64,000 nt of DNA from a virus (lineage: Duplodnaviria > Caudoviricetes): the IMG/VR virus record IMGVR_UViG_3300033463_000080, positions 1-64,000 of that record. One strand, 5' to 3'. Every line of letters starts with the position of its first letter. Within the stretch, counting starts at the first letter, position 1. Shown in pieces: positions 28,129 through 35,252 of the stretch. Both the position numbers and the translations under genes were made by a program. The notes below the pieces were generated by a model that worked only from the letters and a program-made list of their open reading frames with translations, did not search any database and was not told where the DNA came from.

Positions 28129-28403
28129 GCTTTTCCTCCTTTCCATTCGTCGCACAGCTTTTTCCATTCCCCGTTTGCAATGTAGTTGCTGATAAAGTCG
28201 AGCGCATCTACGAGCGACGTGACTTTTCCGATGCACTTCCTGCAGTTCGTGGGCCAGAGATCGTCTCCGATCCATTTGTGTCCTTTCTGGTAGATTAAAA
28301 TCGTTCCGCCATTTTCAGAACTAATTCTCAGGATGCCTTCGATCTTGACGCTTCCGCAGTCAATGTTCAGGACCTTCGTGGTCTTCTGCCTGTTCGCTTC
28401 CAT
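28125..28403 (-). CDS. hypothetical protein
   Basis: GGAGG RBS, coupled. Confidence 0.6.
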   Translation of the reverse strand: MEANRQKTTKVLNIDCGSVKIEGILRISSENGGTILIYQKGHKWIGDDLWPTNCRKCIGKVTSLVDALDFISNYIANGEWKKLCDEWKGGKA

Positions 28404-28471
28404 ACTCTTCCTCCTTCTTCAGCGTCTGGCGCTGACTACGGGATCCCCGGTGGAGGTCCCGTGTGTCAATG

Positions 28472-28633
28472 TCAGATGTTCCCGCAGTCGAAGTCGTTCT
28501 GGATGTCGCACAGTTCACAGTAGAGACGTTCGCCGGCGTCGCCGGCGTCTCCGGAACCGTCGTCCTCTTCGTAGTGCGTAAGCGCAGCGCACAACCGGTC
28601 GTAGAGGTTATCGAGTCTTGTCTTATCGTCCAT
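28472..28633 (-). CDS. 53-aa acidic hypothetical protein
   Basis: AGGAGG RBS; stop in repeat B. Confidence 0.55.
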   Translation of the reverse strand: MDDKTRLDNLYDRLCAALTHYEEDDGSGDAGDAGERLYCELCDIQNDFDCGNI

Positions 28634-28646
28634 GCTGATCCTCCTT

Positions 28647-28916
28647 TCAGTACCAGTATTCGTCTGGCATGTATTCCAGTTCGTATGCTCCGTCGTTGTC
28701 CGGGCCGGTCTCTTCCCAGTTGTTGATGATGTCCATGAGCAGCAGGTCCGGGGACAGGTCTCCTTCGCCGGTCGTACTGTCGAAGATGACCGTGCTGGTG
28801 CCTTCTCCGCCGCAGGACAGGTTCCCGTGTTCGTCGAGAATGTCCGGAGCGGGTACGTATCGGATAATCCGCAGATGGTCATCCGGGTGGGCGTCGATCC
28901 AGTCGTAGATTTTCAT
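28647..28916 (-). CDS. acidic hypothetical protein
   Basis: GGAGG RBS. Confidence 0.6.
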   Translation of the reverse strand: MKIYDWIDAHPDDHLRIIRYVPAPDILDEHGNLSCGGEGTSTVIFDSTTGEGDLSPDLLLMDIINNWEETGPDNDGAYELEYMPDEYWY

Positions 28917-28930
28917 GTTGTGTTTCCTCC

Positions 28931-29686
28931 TTACATTGCCGCCACACAGGCGGAGGTTGTCCACCAGTTCAGCAGGTAGTCTACCGTTTCATCCGGGTAC
29001 TTGTAGATGAACAGCTTGCTCAGATCTGCGCCGTCCCGGAGGTACCCGTAGCCTTTGCCCTCCCGTTTTGGATCTGGGAGCATCTCGCAGCCGGGAGCGT
29101 CGATCAGATACCGGGACTGCTGTTTCGTTGCTGTCCGGAGTCCAAGGACTGTGCTGAAGTTGCACTTCAGAACGGTCGGGATGGTGATCGCAAGCACGTT
29201 TTGTGTGCATGCGATGACGTGGACCCGGGCCGCGCGGCCAACCTGAGCCAGACGCTGCAGCAGCGGCAGGGCCGCTTTCTTCTGCGTCGTCATCAAGTCT
29301 GCCAGTTCGTCGATGATGACGTACATGTGCGATCCGTCGTACTCTTTCGCTCCGAACGACTGCATGGCGGAAAACCGCCGGTCTGTTTCGTCGCATGCCC
29401 ATTGCAGCGCGCGGATCATGTCTGCCGGTTCGGACGCATACTTCGCTACGTGCGGAAGGCGGCTGTATTCCACCAGTTCGACCTTTTTCGGATCGATCAG
29501 AACGAACTCGCACCGGAACGGGGACTGCGTATACAATAGGGAAGTGATGATCCCGTTCACGGCAACGGACTTTCCGGAGCCGGTCGCACCCGCGATCAGC
29601 AGATGCGGCCGGTCGGCAAGGTCGAGGAACGGCCGGTAAACGGAACCGGCAGGTGTCCTGTACGTGCGAGGGATGGCGTGCAGCAT
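28931..29686 (-). CDS. stand-alone FtsK/SpoIIIE-type ATPase motor domain
   Basis: PHLLIAGATGSGKS, FVLIDPKKVEL, YVIIDELADLM, LAQVGRAARVHVIACTQ; no TM or gamma domain. Confidence 0.9.
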   Translation of the reverse strand: MLHAIPRTYRTPAGSVYRPFLDLADRPHLLIAGATGSGKSVAVNGIITSLLYTQSPFRCEFVLIDPKKVELVEYSRLPHVAKYASEPADMIRALQWACDETDRRFSAMQSFGAKEYDGSHMYVIIDELADLMTTQKKAALPLLQRLAQVGRAARVHVIACTQNVLAITIPTVLKCNFSTVLGLRTATKQQSRYLIDAPGCEMLPDPKREGKGYGYLRDGADLSKLFIYKYPDETVDYLLNWWTTSACVAAM

Positions 29687-29865
29687 TAGCACTCCTCCTT
29701 TCCGATCCAGACGATGTTCTTGGTTTCAATACGGTAGTCATTGCCTTCCGGATCGTTGAAGTAGGCGTACTGCCCGTCGAATCCGACACCGGTTGTGTTG
29801 CACAGGTCAACTTCGACTTCGACCAGTCCGATCTCGTCGCGGTAGCAAATCTTCATCGTGTACAT
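29686..29865 (-). CDS. 59-aa hypothetical protein (MYTMKICYRDEIG...)
   Basis: GGAGG RBS, TAATG-coupled to the FtsK gene; read by hand. Confidence 0.55.
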   Translation of the reverse strand: MYTMKICYRDEIGLVEVEVDLCNTTGVGFDGQYAYFNDPEGNDYRIETKNIVWIGKEEC

Positions 29866-29881
29866 GCTTTTCCTCCTCTCG

Positions 29882-29934
29882 TAGGTATTTACCTATTCTA
29901 TTGTAACATGGATTTTGAAATAGGTCAATACCTG
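29882..29934 (-). promoter_or_regulatory. sigmaA promoter bracketed by two TAGGT-N4-ACCT operators
   Basis: Minus strand TTGACC-17bp-TACAAT; perfect palindrome TAGGTATTTACCTA at 29882-29895; TAGGTCAATACCTG at 29921-29934. Confidence 0.75.
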
Positions 29935-29998
29935 TTTTGAATTTCCCGATGACTGGCATCGGCTACGAGCGACGGTGTGCGTCGCCCGGGTGTCGGTG

Positions 29999-30250
29999 TC
30001 AGCTGTCCTTCTTTGCAGGGTTCCGGAGCGTCACGCCGCGCAGCACTTTGATAACGGCAGCGGCGTGTCCGTTCAGCGTCAGTCCGAAGACGATGTCCTT
30101 CGCGAACTCTTCGGACATGCTCATGGCCGGTTCGCCGGCCTTCCATTCGGCCTGGTTGTGCGACGGGATCCCGGTCACGTAGCGGGCGTAGATCTCCCCG
30201 TCTTCATAAAAGAAGACACACACATGCGTTTCGAATCTCGGATTGCCCAT
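29999..30250 (-). CDS. hypothetical protein
   Basis: Bounded on both sides by repeat B. Confidence 0.65.
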   Translation of the reverse strand: MGNPRFETHVCVFFYEDGEIYARYVTGIPSHNQAEWKAGEPAMSMSEEFAKDIVFGLTLNGHAAAVIKVLRGVTLRNPAKKDS

Positions 30251-30321
30251 AGATTTTCCTCACTTTCTTCGCTGTCTGGCAGCGACCACGAGCGGCCAAC
30301 GTGGGCCGCCCGGTGTCGGTG

Positions 30322-30504
30322 TCAGAGTTCCTGATAGTACTGCACACTGGTGATGGTGACCGGACACCATGTCGCCGGGTCAATCCCGGTGACGGAGCCG
30401 TCTTCCCAGCGGGCGTCCCACAGCATTGTGCTGACGGTCTCGCCGTCTTCATCGATGTAGGTCACAACGGCGCGACGTGTGGTTGTGAAGTCTTTCAGTT
30501 TCAT
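30322..30504 (-). CDS. hypothetical protein (MKLKDFT...)
   Basis: GGAGGT RBS; stop in repeat B. Confidence 0.6.
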   Translation of the reverse strand: MKLKDFTTTRRAVVTYIDEDGETVSTMLWDARWEDGSVTGIDPATWCPVTITSVQYYQEL

Positions 30505-30893
30505 GCTTTCACCTCCGTGTTGTATTCCATCCACACCCGTCCGTGACGGATGCCTTCCGGTACCCTGAACGGTTCGATTCTCTGGATGTCGTACAGCGGG
30601 TACATGTATTTGACCTTCGTTTCGTCCTGCCAGTCGTATGGACTGCCGTCGTCGATGCCTGTCCACTTCTTGCATGCGTTCCATGCGTCCCGTGAGCGGG
30701 CGACGAGCGGGTCACCGATGGTGACCATGCAGCGTGCCAGGGGCGCGCCGTGACCCGTCTCTGCCAGAATGACGCGCTGTCCGATCAGGCTGCGCAGCAT
30801 GTTGCGCGTCCGGGTCTCGTACAGTTTTGTCAGGCGGAGGATCATGTCAACGAACGGGAACAGACGGCAGTTGATAAAGACTACCGGGATCAT
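30501..30893 (-). CDS. ASCH-like hypothetical protein
   Basis: FVDMILRLTKLYETRTR...IGQRV resembles the ASCH N-terminus. Confidence 0.55.
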   Translation of the reverse strand: MIPVVFINCRLFPFVDMILRLTKLYETRTRNMLRSLIGQRVILAETGHGAPLARCMVTIGDPLVARSRDAWNACKKWTGIDDGSPYDWQDETKVKYMYPLYDIQRIEPFRVPEGIRHGRVWMEYNTEVKA

Positions 30894-31162
30894 TCGTCCA
30901 CCTCCCATGTCGGCCAGATCGGCCGGCTGAATTGATACGGAGCCGGGGCCGCAGCCGTCACGACGAGCGGAGCGGACTTGCTTGCTGTCCGGTATACCCG
31001 GAGCGTCCCGGCGCGGTACGGTATCCGGATGTGTGTGAAACCGCCTTCGGTGCTGAAGCTGTAGCGGATTCTGTGCGCGCGCAATGCTGCGGCGGCATCC
31101 TTCTCCGTCCGTATGCCCTTCAGAATGGAGCGGATACGGTTTGCTGTTACCAGAATGTTCAT
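30890..31162 (-). CDS. basic hypothetical protein
   Basis: Coupled ORF. Confidence 0.6.
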   Translation of the reverse strand: MNILVTANRIRSILKGIRTEKDAAAALRAHRIRYSFSTEGGFTHIRIPYRAGTLRVYRTASKSAPLVVTAAAPAPYQFSRPIWPTWEVDE

Positions 31163-31235
31163 ATTGCTTTCCCTGCCTTTCTCCGGTATCTGGTACCGGC
31201 TACGCTGTCCGGAGTCCGGGCAGCGGGTGCCGATG

Positions 31236-31736
31236 TCAGCGGACGACGATCATTCCGGACTGGATTCGTGCGCCCGGGAAATACTTCAGATACTCCCGGA
31301 GCGGCGCGTTCCTCTGGTACTGGTCCGGGCCTGTCTTGCGCCCGGTCCCGGAGCGGTCGCCTTCGTATACCGTGATGTATCCGATGCCGCCGGTCTGAGT
31401 CACGATGTGCTGAATCCATGCGGCGATACTTCCCACTTCAAGGTCGTTGTCGATCACGTTCAGCACGTTGCTGCAGATGACCGTCATCGGTGTGTGGGTG
31501 TGCAGCGCGATCCGGACGAGTGCCAGAGTGTCCCGGTTCACCTGTTCTGGTTGATTGAACGGGTCGTATGGCAGGTATGCCAGATGCCCGGGAAGTGCTG
31601 CCCGGATGTGATCCGTATACCGTCCGCATCCCCAGTCCAGAACGACCTTCCCGGTGAAGTACGGTACCCGGCTGTATATCGCCGGGAGTCGACGGCTGTT
31701 GATTGAAGTCGCCGCGCTTGTGCATGTTTGCGCCAT
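31236..31736 (-). CDS. class I SAM-dependent methyltransferase
   Basis: VVLDWGCGRY (motif I), YDPFN, VICSNVLNVI. Confidence 0.8.
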   Translation of the reverse strand: MAQTCTSAATSINSRRLPAIYSRVPYFTGKVVLDWGCGRYTDHIRAALPGHLAYLPYDPFNQPEQVNRDTLALVRIALHTHTPMTVICSNVLNVIDNDLEVGSIAAWIQHIVTQTGGIGYITVYEGDRSGTGRKTGPDQYQRNAPLREYLKYFPGARIQSGMIVVR

Positions 31737-31808
31737 GTTTCTTTCCTCCTTCTTCAGTGCGTCTGGCACTGACTACCGGCTCCGGTGTCCGGGGCCGGTC
31801 TGTCAATG

Positions 31809-32006
31809 TCAAGCTGTGCGTGCTGTCCGGTGTACGTTGCGCCATGCGGAATGCATGTCGTATGTATCCGGAAGAATGAACGGTTCGGGCCTCCGCTGTC
31901 TGGCCTGTGCGGATTCTATCCGCTGCCTGATTCGTCTGGCATCCAGTTCCTCGACGGTCTCGGATTCGGTCAGCGACCGAATGGCCTGATTGATCATGTC
32001 CATCAT
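31809..32006 (-). CDS. hypothetical protein
   Basis: GGAGG RBS; stop in repeat B. Confidence 0.55.
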   Translation of the reverse strand: MMDMINQAIRSLTESETVEELDARRIRQRIESAQARQRRPEPFILPDTYDMHSAWRNVHRTARTA

Positions 32007-32032
32007 GTTTCTTTCCTCCTGCTTTTTGTTGG

Positions 32033-32484
32033 GGGACTATCGCCCCGGGACTGCCTCCGTCGGAGCGGGGACAGTACCGGGGCGGCCGCCGGAGCGGCCG
32101 CCCTTCGTGATTAGCTGATCCGGAGCGGACGAGTTACCGTCTGCGTCATGTACGGGGCCAGGACTTCCGCCGGGAAGGCGGCCTTGACTTTCGTCGTGTC
32201 CAGGCGGTTACTCGTGACCGTCTTATATGTGACCTTGTACGGCCCGACGGTCGCGGTTTCGGTCTCGCCCATGGCGGCCTTGATTTTGTCCTGTGCGGCC
32301 TCGATGGCGGCGTCAAGTTCCTCGCGCATCCGCTTCAGTTCCTGAAGTTCCTGAATGTCCCGGATCATCATCGCATCGTTACCCATTGTTTTTTCCTCCT
32401 CTTTTTTTGTGGGACTATCGTCCCTGACCATCGTCCGGAGCGGACCGGGCGACGGTCAGGGACGGCCGCCGGAGCGGCCGCCCT
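32033..32484. repeat. hairpin junction repeat family C, 2 copies (GGGACTATCG-[long stem-loop]-CGGCCGCCGGAGCGGCCGCCCTT)
   Basis: Copies at about 32033-32105 and 32411-32484 share both flanks; inner stems differ. Confidence 0.8.
32111..32386 (-). CDS. hypothetical coiled-coil protein, resembles the YqaJ C-terminal region or Mu Gam-like proteins
   Basis: ELKRMREELDAAIEAAQDKIKAAMG...YKVTYKTVTSNRLDT. Confidence 0.5.
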   Translation of the reverse strand: MGNDAMMIRDIQELQELKRMREELDAAIEAAQDKIKAAMGETETATVGPYKVTYKTVTSNRLDTTKVKAAFPAEVLAPYMTQTVTRPLRIS

Positions 32485-32486
32485 TG

Positions 32487-33173
32487 TCAATGCAGGTCGA
32501 CTTCAGATGTCTCACCGAACGGGCAACCCCGGCCGGCCTTCAGACACGCTTCGCAGTTTCCGGGACATTTCCATGCGTCCGGATCGTGTTCGGTTCCGGG
32601 CATGACGCATCGGAATGTCGGCATGTTGTACGGGTTCGGGCATTCCATGCCTTCCCATATGGAAAACATGACGGACAGGTTAGCGGGCAGGTTTTCTTTT
32701 CCGTTGTCCTTCAACCACTGGTTAACCGCATAGTAGTTTTTTGTGTATGTCCAGAATATCCAGTCCGGATGATTCCGGGCGATTTTAACCATACGGTCGA
32801 AGTAGTCAGTATCCAGAATGTCCCCGGATACATGCCATCTGAAGTACTTGTGCGCCCTGCATTTTGAGATGTACCTGTCAATCTGGGCGAATGTCGCCGC
32901 CCTGTTTAGGTACATCATAGCAGTATTCTCAGCGCGCGCTATTCGTACGTTTAAGTACTGCCAACATGCTTTAATGTCGTAGCAGTACCGGACACATCCG
33001 GAGCAGTTTGCGCATGTATGGCCCGGGGCCATGCTGAAGTTATGTGTGCGGCCTATCTTCGAATTTCCTTTACTTATGTGTAACTTCAATTCGTCATAGG
33101 GTCGCGCCATAAAGCTGTCAATCAAGGCGCGCAGGGTCGCGAGGATGCGCTGTAAGGTTTCAAACATGTACAT
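32487..33173 (-). CDS. GP88-like Cys-cluster (radical-SAM-like) protein
   Basis: GNSKIG...TCANCSGCVRYCY...YFRWHVSGD...FWTYTK...NLSVMFS. Confidence 0.7.
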   Translation of the reverse strand: MYMFETLQRILATLRALIDSFMARPYDELKLHISKGNSKIGRTHNFSMAPGHTCANCSGCVRYCYDIKACWQYLNVRIARAENTAMMYLNRAATFAQIDRYISKCRAHKYFRWHVSGDILDTDYFDRMVKIARNHPDWIFWTYTKNYYAVNQWLKDNGKENLPANLSVMFSIWEGMECPNPYNMPTFRCVMPGTEHDPDAWKCPGNCEACLKAGRGCPFGETSEVDLH

Positions 33174-33179
33174 TTTTCA

Positions 33180-33653
33180 TTCCACCTTTCATTTTTTGTT
33201 CGCCTTGACAGGCGTCCGGAACCTATGCATTTTTCATGGACTCCGGACGCCTGTCATGTTTTTACATGACAGGCGGAGGAAAAAAGCAGGTTTTTCTTTA
33301 CGGCGTTGTTCAGCGGAATCAGCGAGACCCGTTACGTCAATCTCACAAGTTGTGAGACCGTCCCTGCTAGGGACTATGCTTTGCTTTGTCAAGGCGCTTA
33401 GCGTTGGGACTGCTCCAACGTTGCCCGCGTCGTTGTCTCCGACGCGGCCCGTCGTCGTTGCCTCCGACGGCCTTCCGCTTGTTCGTACCGTTTCCGCAAC
33501 TTCTCCCGGTTAACGTTTACAGGGTTATCAGTGGCCTTCTGGCTGAGCAGCGTTTCCGCTGTCCGTTGACTCTGTCCGGCCCTGTGTCGCCTTCCGTTGT
33601 CCGTTGCGGTTAAGTTGTCAAGGTTCGTTGTCGGTCGTTCGGTTCCTTTTGAC
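33180..33653 (-). ncRNA. about 480-nt highly structured leader or ncRNA of the early operon
   Basis: Lies between the promoter at 33660-33688 and the first ORF; at least six short hairpins and a 15-bp perfect inverted repeat. Confidence 0.5.
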
Positions 33654-33688
33654 AGTGTTATCATAACACTAATTCGTTATCTTTTCAA
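33654..33688 (-). promoter_or_regulatory. sigmaA promoter of the early operon, palindromic operator over the -10
   Basis: TTGAAA-17bp-TATGAT; AGTGTTATCATAACACT palindrome at 33654-33670. Confidence 0.8.
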
Positions 33689-33734
33689 TATATTTTGTTT
33701 TTCATGTGTAGGTTTGTCTTTTTCTTTTCTGATG

Positions 33735-33770
33735 CGTATAACCCCATGGGACTACCCATGGGGTTATACG
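33735..33770. repeat. perfect 16-bp inverted repeat with 4-nt spacer
   Basis: CGTATAACCCCATGGG-ACTA-CCCATGGGGTTATACG. Confidence 0.9.
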
Positions 33771-33824
33771 TGACTAACTAATACAGGCTTGTTACCCCCT
33801 CAACCACCCAAAAGTCAAAAAAGG

Positions 33825-33853
33825 TTGACACGAACACGAAATCGTGATACTAT
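33825..33853 (+). promoter_or_regulatory. sigmaA promoter, divergent from the early promoter
   Basis: TTGACA-17bp-TACTAT with extended TG. Confidence 0.8.
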
Positions 33854-33882
33854 ATTTATGATCAATTTTCGGAGGTGGATTT

Positions 33883-34155
33883 ATGAACGAGAAGGAAATT
33901 CTACGGGAAGCGATGGCTCTGTCCGGGACCAGCCAAAGTGAACTGGCAGATAGGCTTGGTTATTCTCATCAGAGTGCGATTGGCAACCTGTTTAATACGA
34001 AGGTCAGAAACAGTATGCGCGTTGATATTCTTGTGAAAATGATCAACGCGATGGGTTACGATCTGATTGTTCGCGGCCGCGAAGAGGTGCATGCTCCAGG
34101 CGGCGCATCGTACATCCCGGAATGGAAGGTCAGCTGCAATGGAAGCAAAGAGTAA
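33883..34155 (+). CDS. XRE-family HTH transcriptional regulator
   Basis: SQSELADRLGYSHQSAIGNL...VDILVKMINAMG. Confidence 0.85.
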   Translation: MNEKEILREAMALSGTSQSELADRLGYSHQSAIGNLFNTKVRNSMRVDILVKMINAMGYDLIVRGREEVHAPGGASYIPEWKVSCNGSKE

Positions 34156-34159
34156 TAGC

Positions 34160-34333
34160 ATGACGCGGGAAGAAAAGGAGTACCTGGTATCGAAGGTGAC
34201 AGATTTGCTGATGCGTGACGTGCTGAGTCGGGAAGACTCAGTAATCATCCTCCGGATATGTTCGAACGCATGCGACCGCAGGATCCGTGAACTGGAGCGG
34301 AGCGAACCCACCCGGGTCGAAAACGTGCAATAG
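34160..34333 (+). CDS. small hypothetical protein
   Basis: 57 aa; weak RBS. Confidence 0.45.
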   Translation: MTREEKEYLVSKVTDLLMRDVLSREDSVIILRICSNACDRRIRELERSEPTRVENVQ

Positions 34334-34368
34334 GTTCTAAGAAAGTTGGTTTTGAAAAATCCCGAAAA

Positions 34369-34848
34369 ATGCAAAAAGGGGGCATGTGGTTGATCACGAT
34401 TTTCATCGGATTACTGGGCGGGATACTGCTGGTGGGAATGGCGTTGGAGGGCAACTGGGGCGCGTTCGGGTTATGTGCGTTTATCCTTTTGTTTTTGTGG
34501 TTGTGCGCGTCTGATGAGCGGAAGGACTGGAAAGCGTACCAGAACCGGCGCGACTACTGGGCAATGAACGGCGCGGACCGTGCCAGAGCGAGGAAGCGAT
34601 GGCAGGACGAAGCGAAGATGCAGGACATGCGCATGCGTGCCGCGGCGGAGGAACGCAGGGCGGCCAGGATGAGGAAAGAGATGAGCGAGAGCCAGCGGGA
34701 TGAATCGGAAAGCACGGTCCGATGCTTTGTATGCGACAACTGCCACAAGGCGGTATGGAACGCAGGACATTTTTGTTTAGTGGGCGGAAAGCCTGCGATG
34801 GTGTATTACTGTCCGGAGTGCGGAAAGTGCGTAATGATCGTCAGGTAA
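34369..34848 (+). CDS. two-TM membrane protein with C-terminal zinc ribbon
   Basis: Two hydrophobic helices; CFVCDNC...CPECG. Confidence 0.65.
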   Translation: MQKGGMWLITIFIGLLGGILLVGMALEGNWGAFGLCAFILLFLWLCASDERKDWKAYQNRRDYWAMNGADRARARKRWQDEAKMQDMRMRAAAEERRAARMRKEMSESQRDESESTVRCFVCDNCHKAVWNAGHFCLVGGKPAMVYYCPECGKCVMIVR

Positions 34849-34868
34849 GATAAGTAAGACGCAGAATT

Positions 34869-34909
34869 GCGGGAATGAGCGGTGAAGAGCCGCTTGTTCC
34901 CGTTTTTTT
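34869..34909 (+). terminator. intrinsic terminator
   Basis: CGGGAATGAGCGG/CCGCTTGTTCCCG stem followed by a T-run. Confidence 0.7.
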
Positions 34910-34921
34910 ATTAAGGGAGAA

Positions 34922-35239
34922 ATGAGAATGGTAAAGATTGATATGGAAATGCCGCTGGAGTGCCACGAATGCCCGTTCCAGCTGAAGTTTAAGGATGGCG
35001 AAGCGGATGCGTTTTACATGCGCAGGTGCGTTATTGAAAACAGGCGCATTGAGTATCCGCGGCCCGAGTGGTGTCCGCTGCGGGAATGTGAGGACACAAA
35101 TGGCCTGATTCATAAGATTGGTTCAATTATTACGGTTCACGGGCAGAGCGACAGGCGGTTTCATCTTGGAGAGATCATCAGGTACGCTCCGAGCGAAGTG
35201 GAGAAGATTCTGCTTGAGCATGTGGACGAACTGAAGTAA
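34922..35239 (+). CDS. small Cys protein, paralog of 16891
   Basis: IDMEMPLECHECPF...RPEWCPL. Confidence 0.6.
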   Translation: MRMVKIDMEMPLECHECPFQLKFKDGEADAFYMRRCVIENRRIEYPRPEWCPLRECEDTNGLIHKIGSIITVHGQSDRRFHLGEIIRYAPSEVEKILLEHVDELK

Positions 35240-35252
35240 AGGCGGTGTCGGC

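Larger units (their letters stand above)
26179..31813. repeat. hairpin junction repeat family B, 7 copies (CTGGYRNYGRCYAC-[variable stem-loop]-GTGYCRRWRTCAG)
   Basis: Copies at 26179-26229, 27071-27120, 28426-28475, 29953-30002, 30276-30325, 31190-31239, 31763-31813; the terminal TCA is the TGA stop of the upstream minus-strand gene in all seven. Confidence 0.9.

Noticed and set aside
26179-31813. Family B repeats as a CRISPR array or as intrinsic terminators
   Set aside because: They are separated by whole genes, not constant-length spacers, and have no U-tract on the coding strand.
33398-33664. 88-aa minus-strand ORF
   Set aside because: Its start codon lies inside the -10 box, there is no RBS, and the region is hairpin-rich; more likely non-coding.
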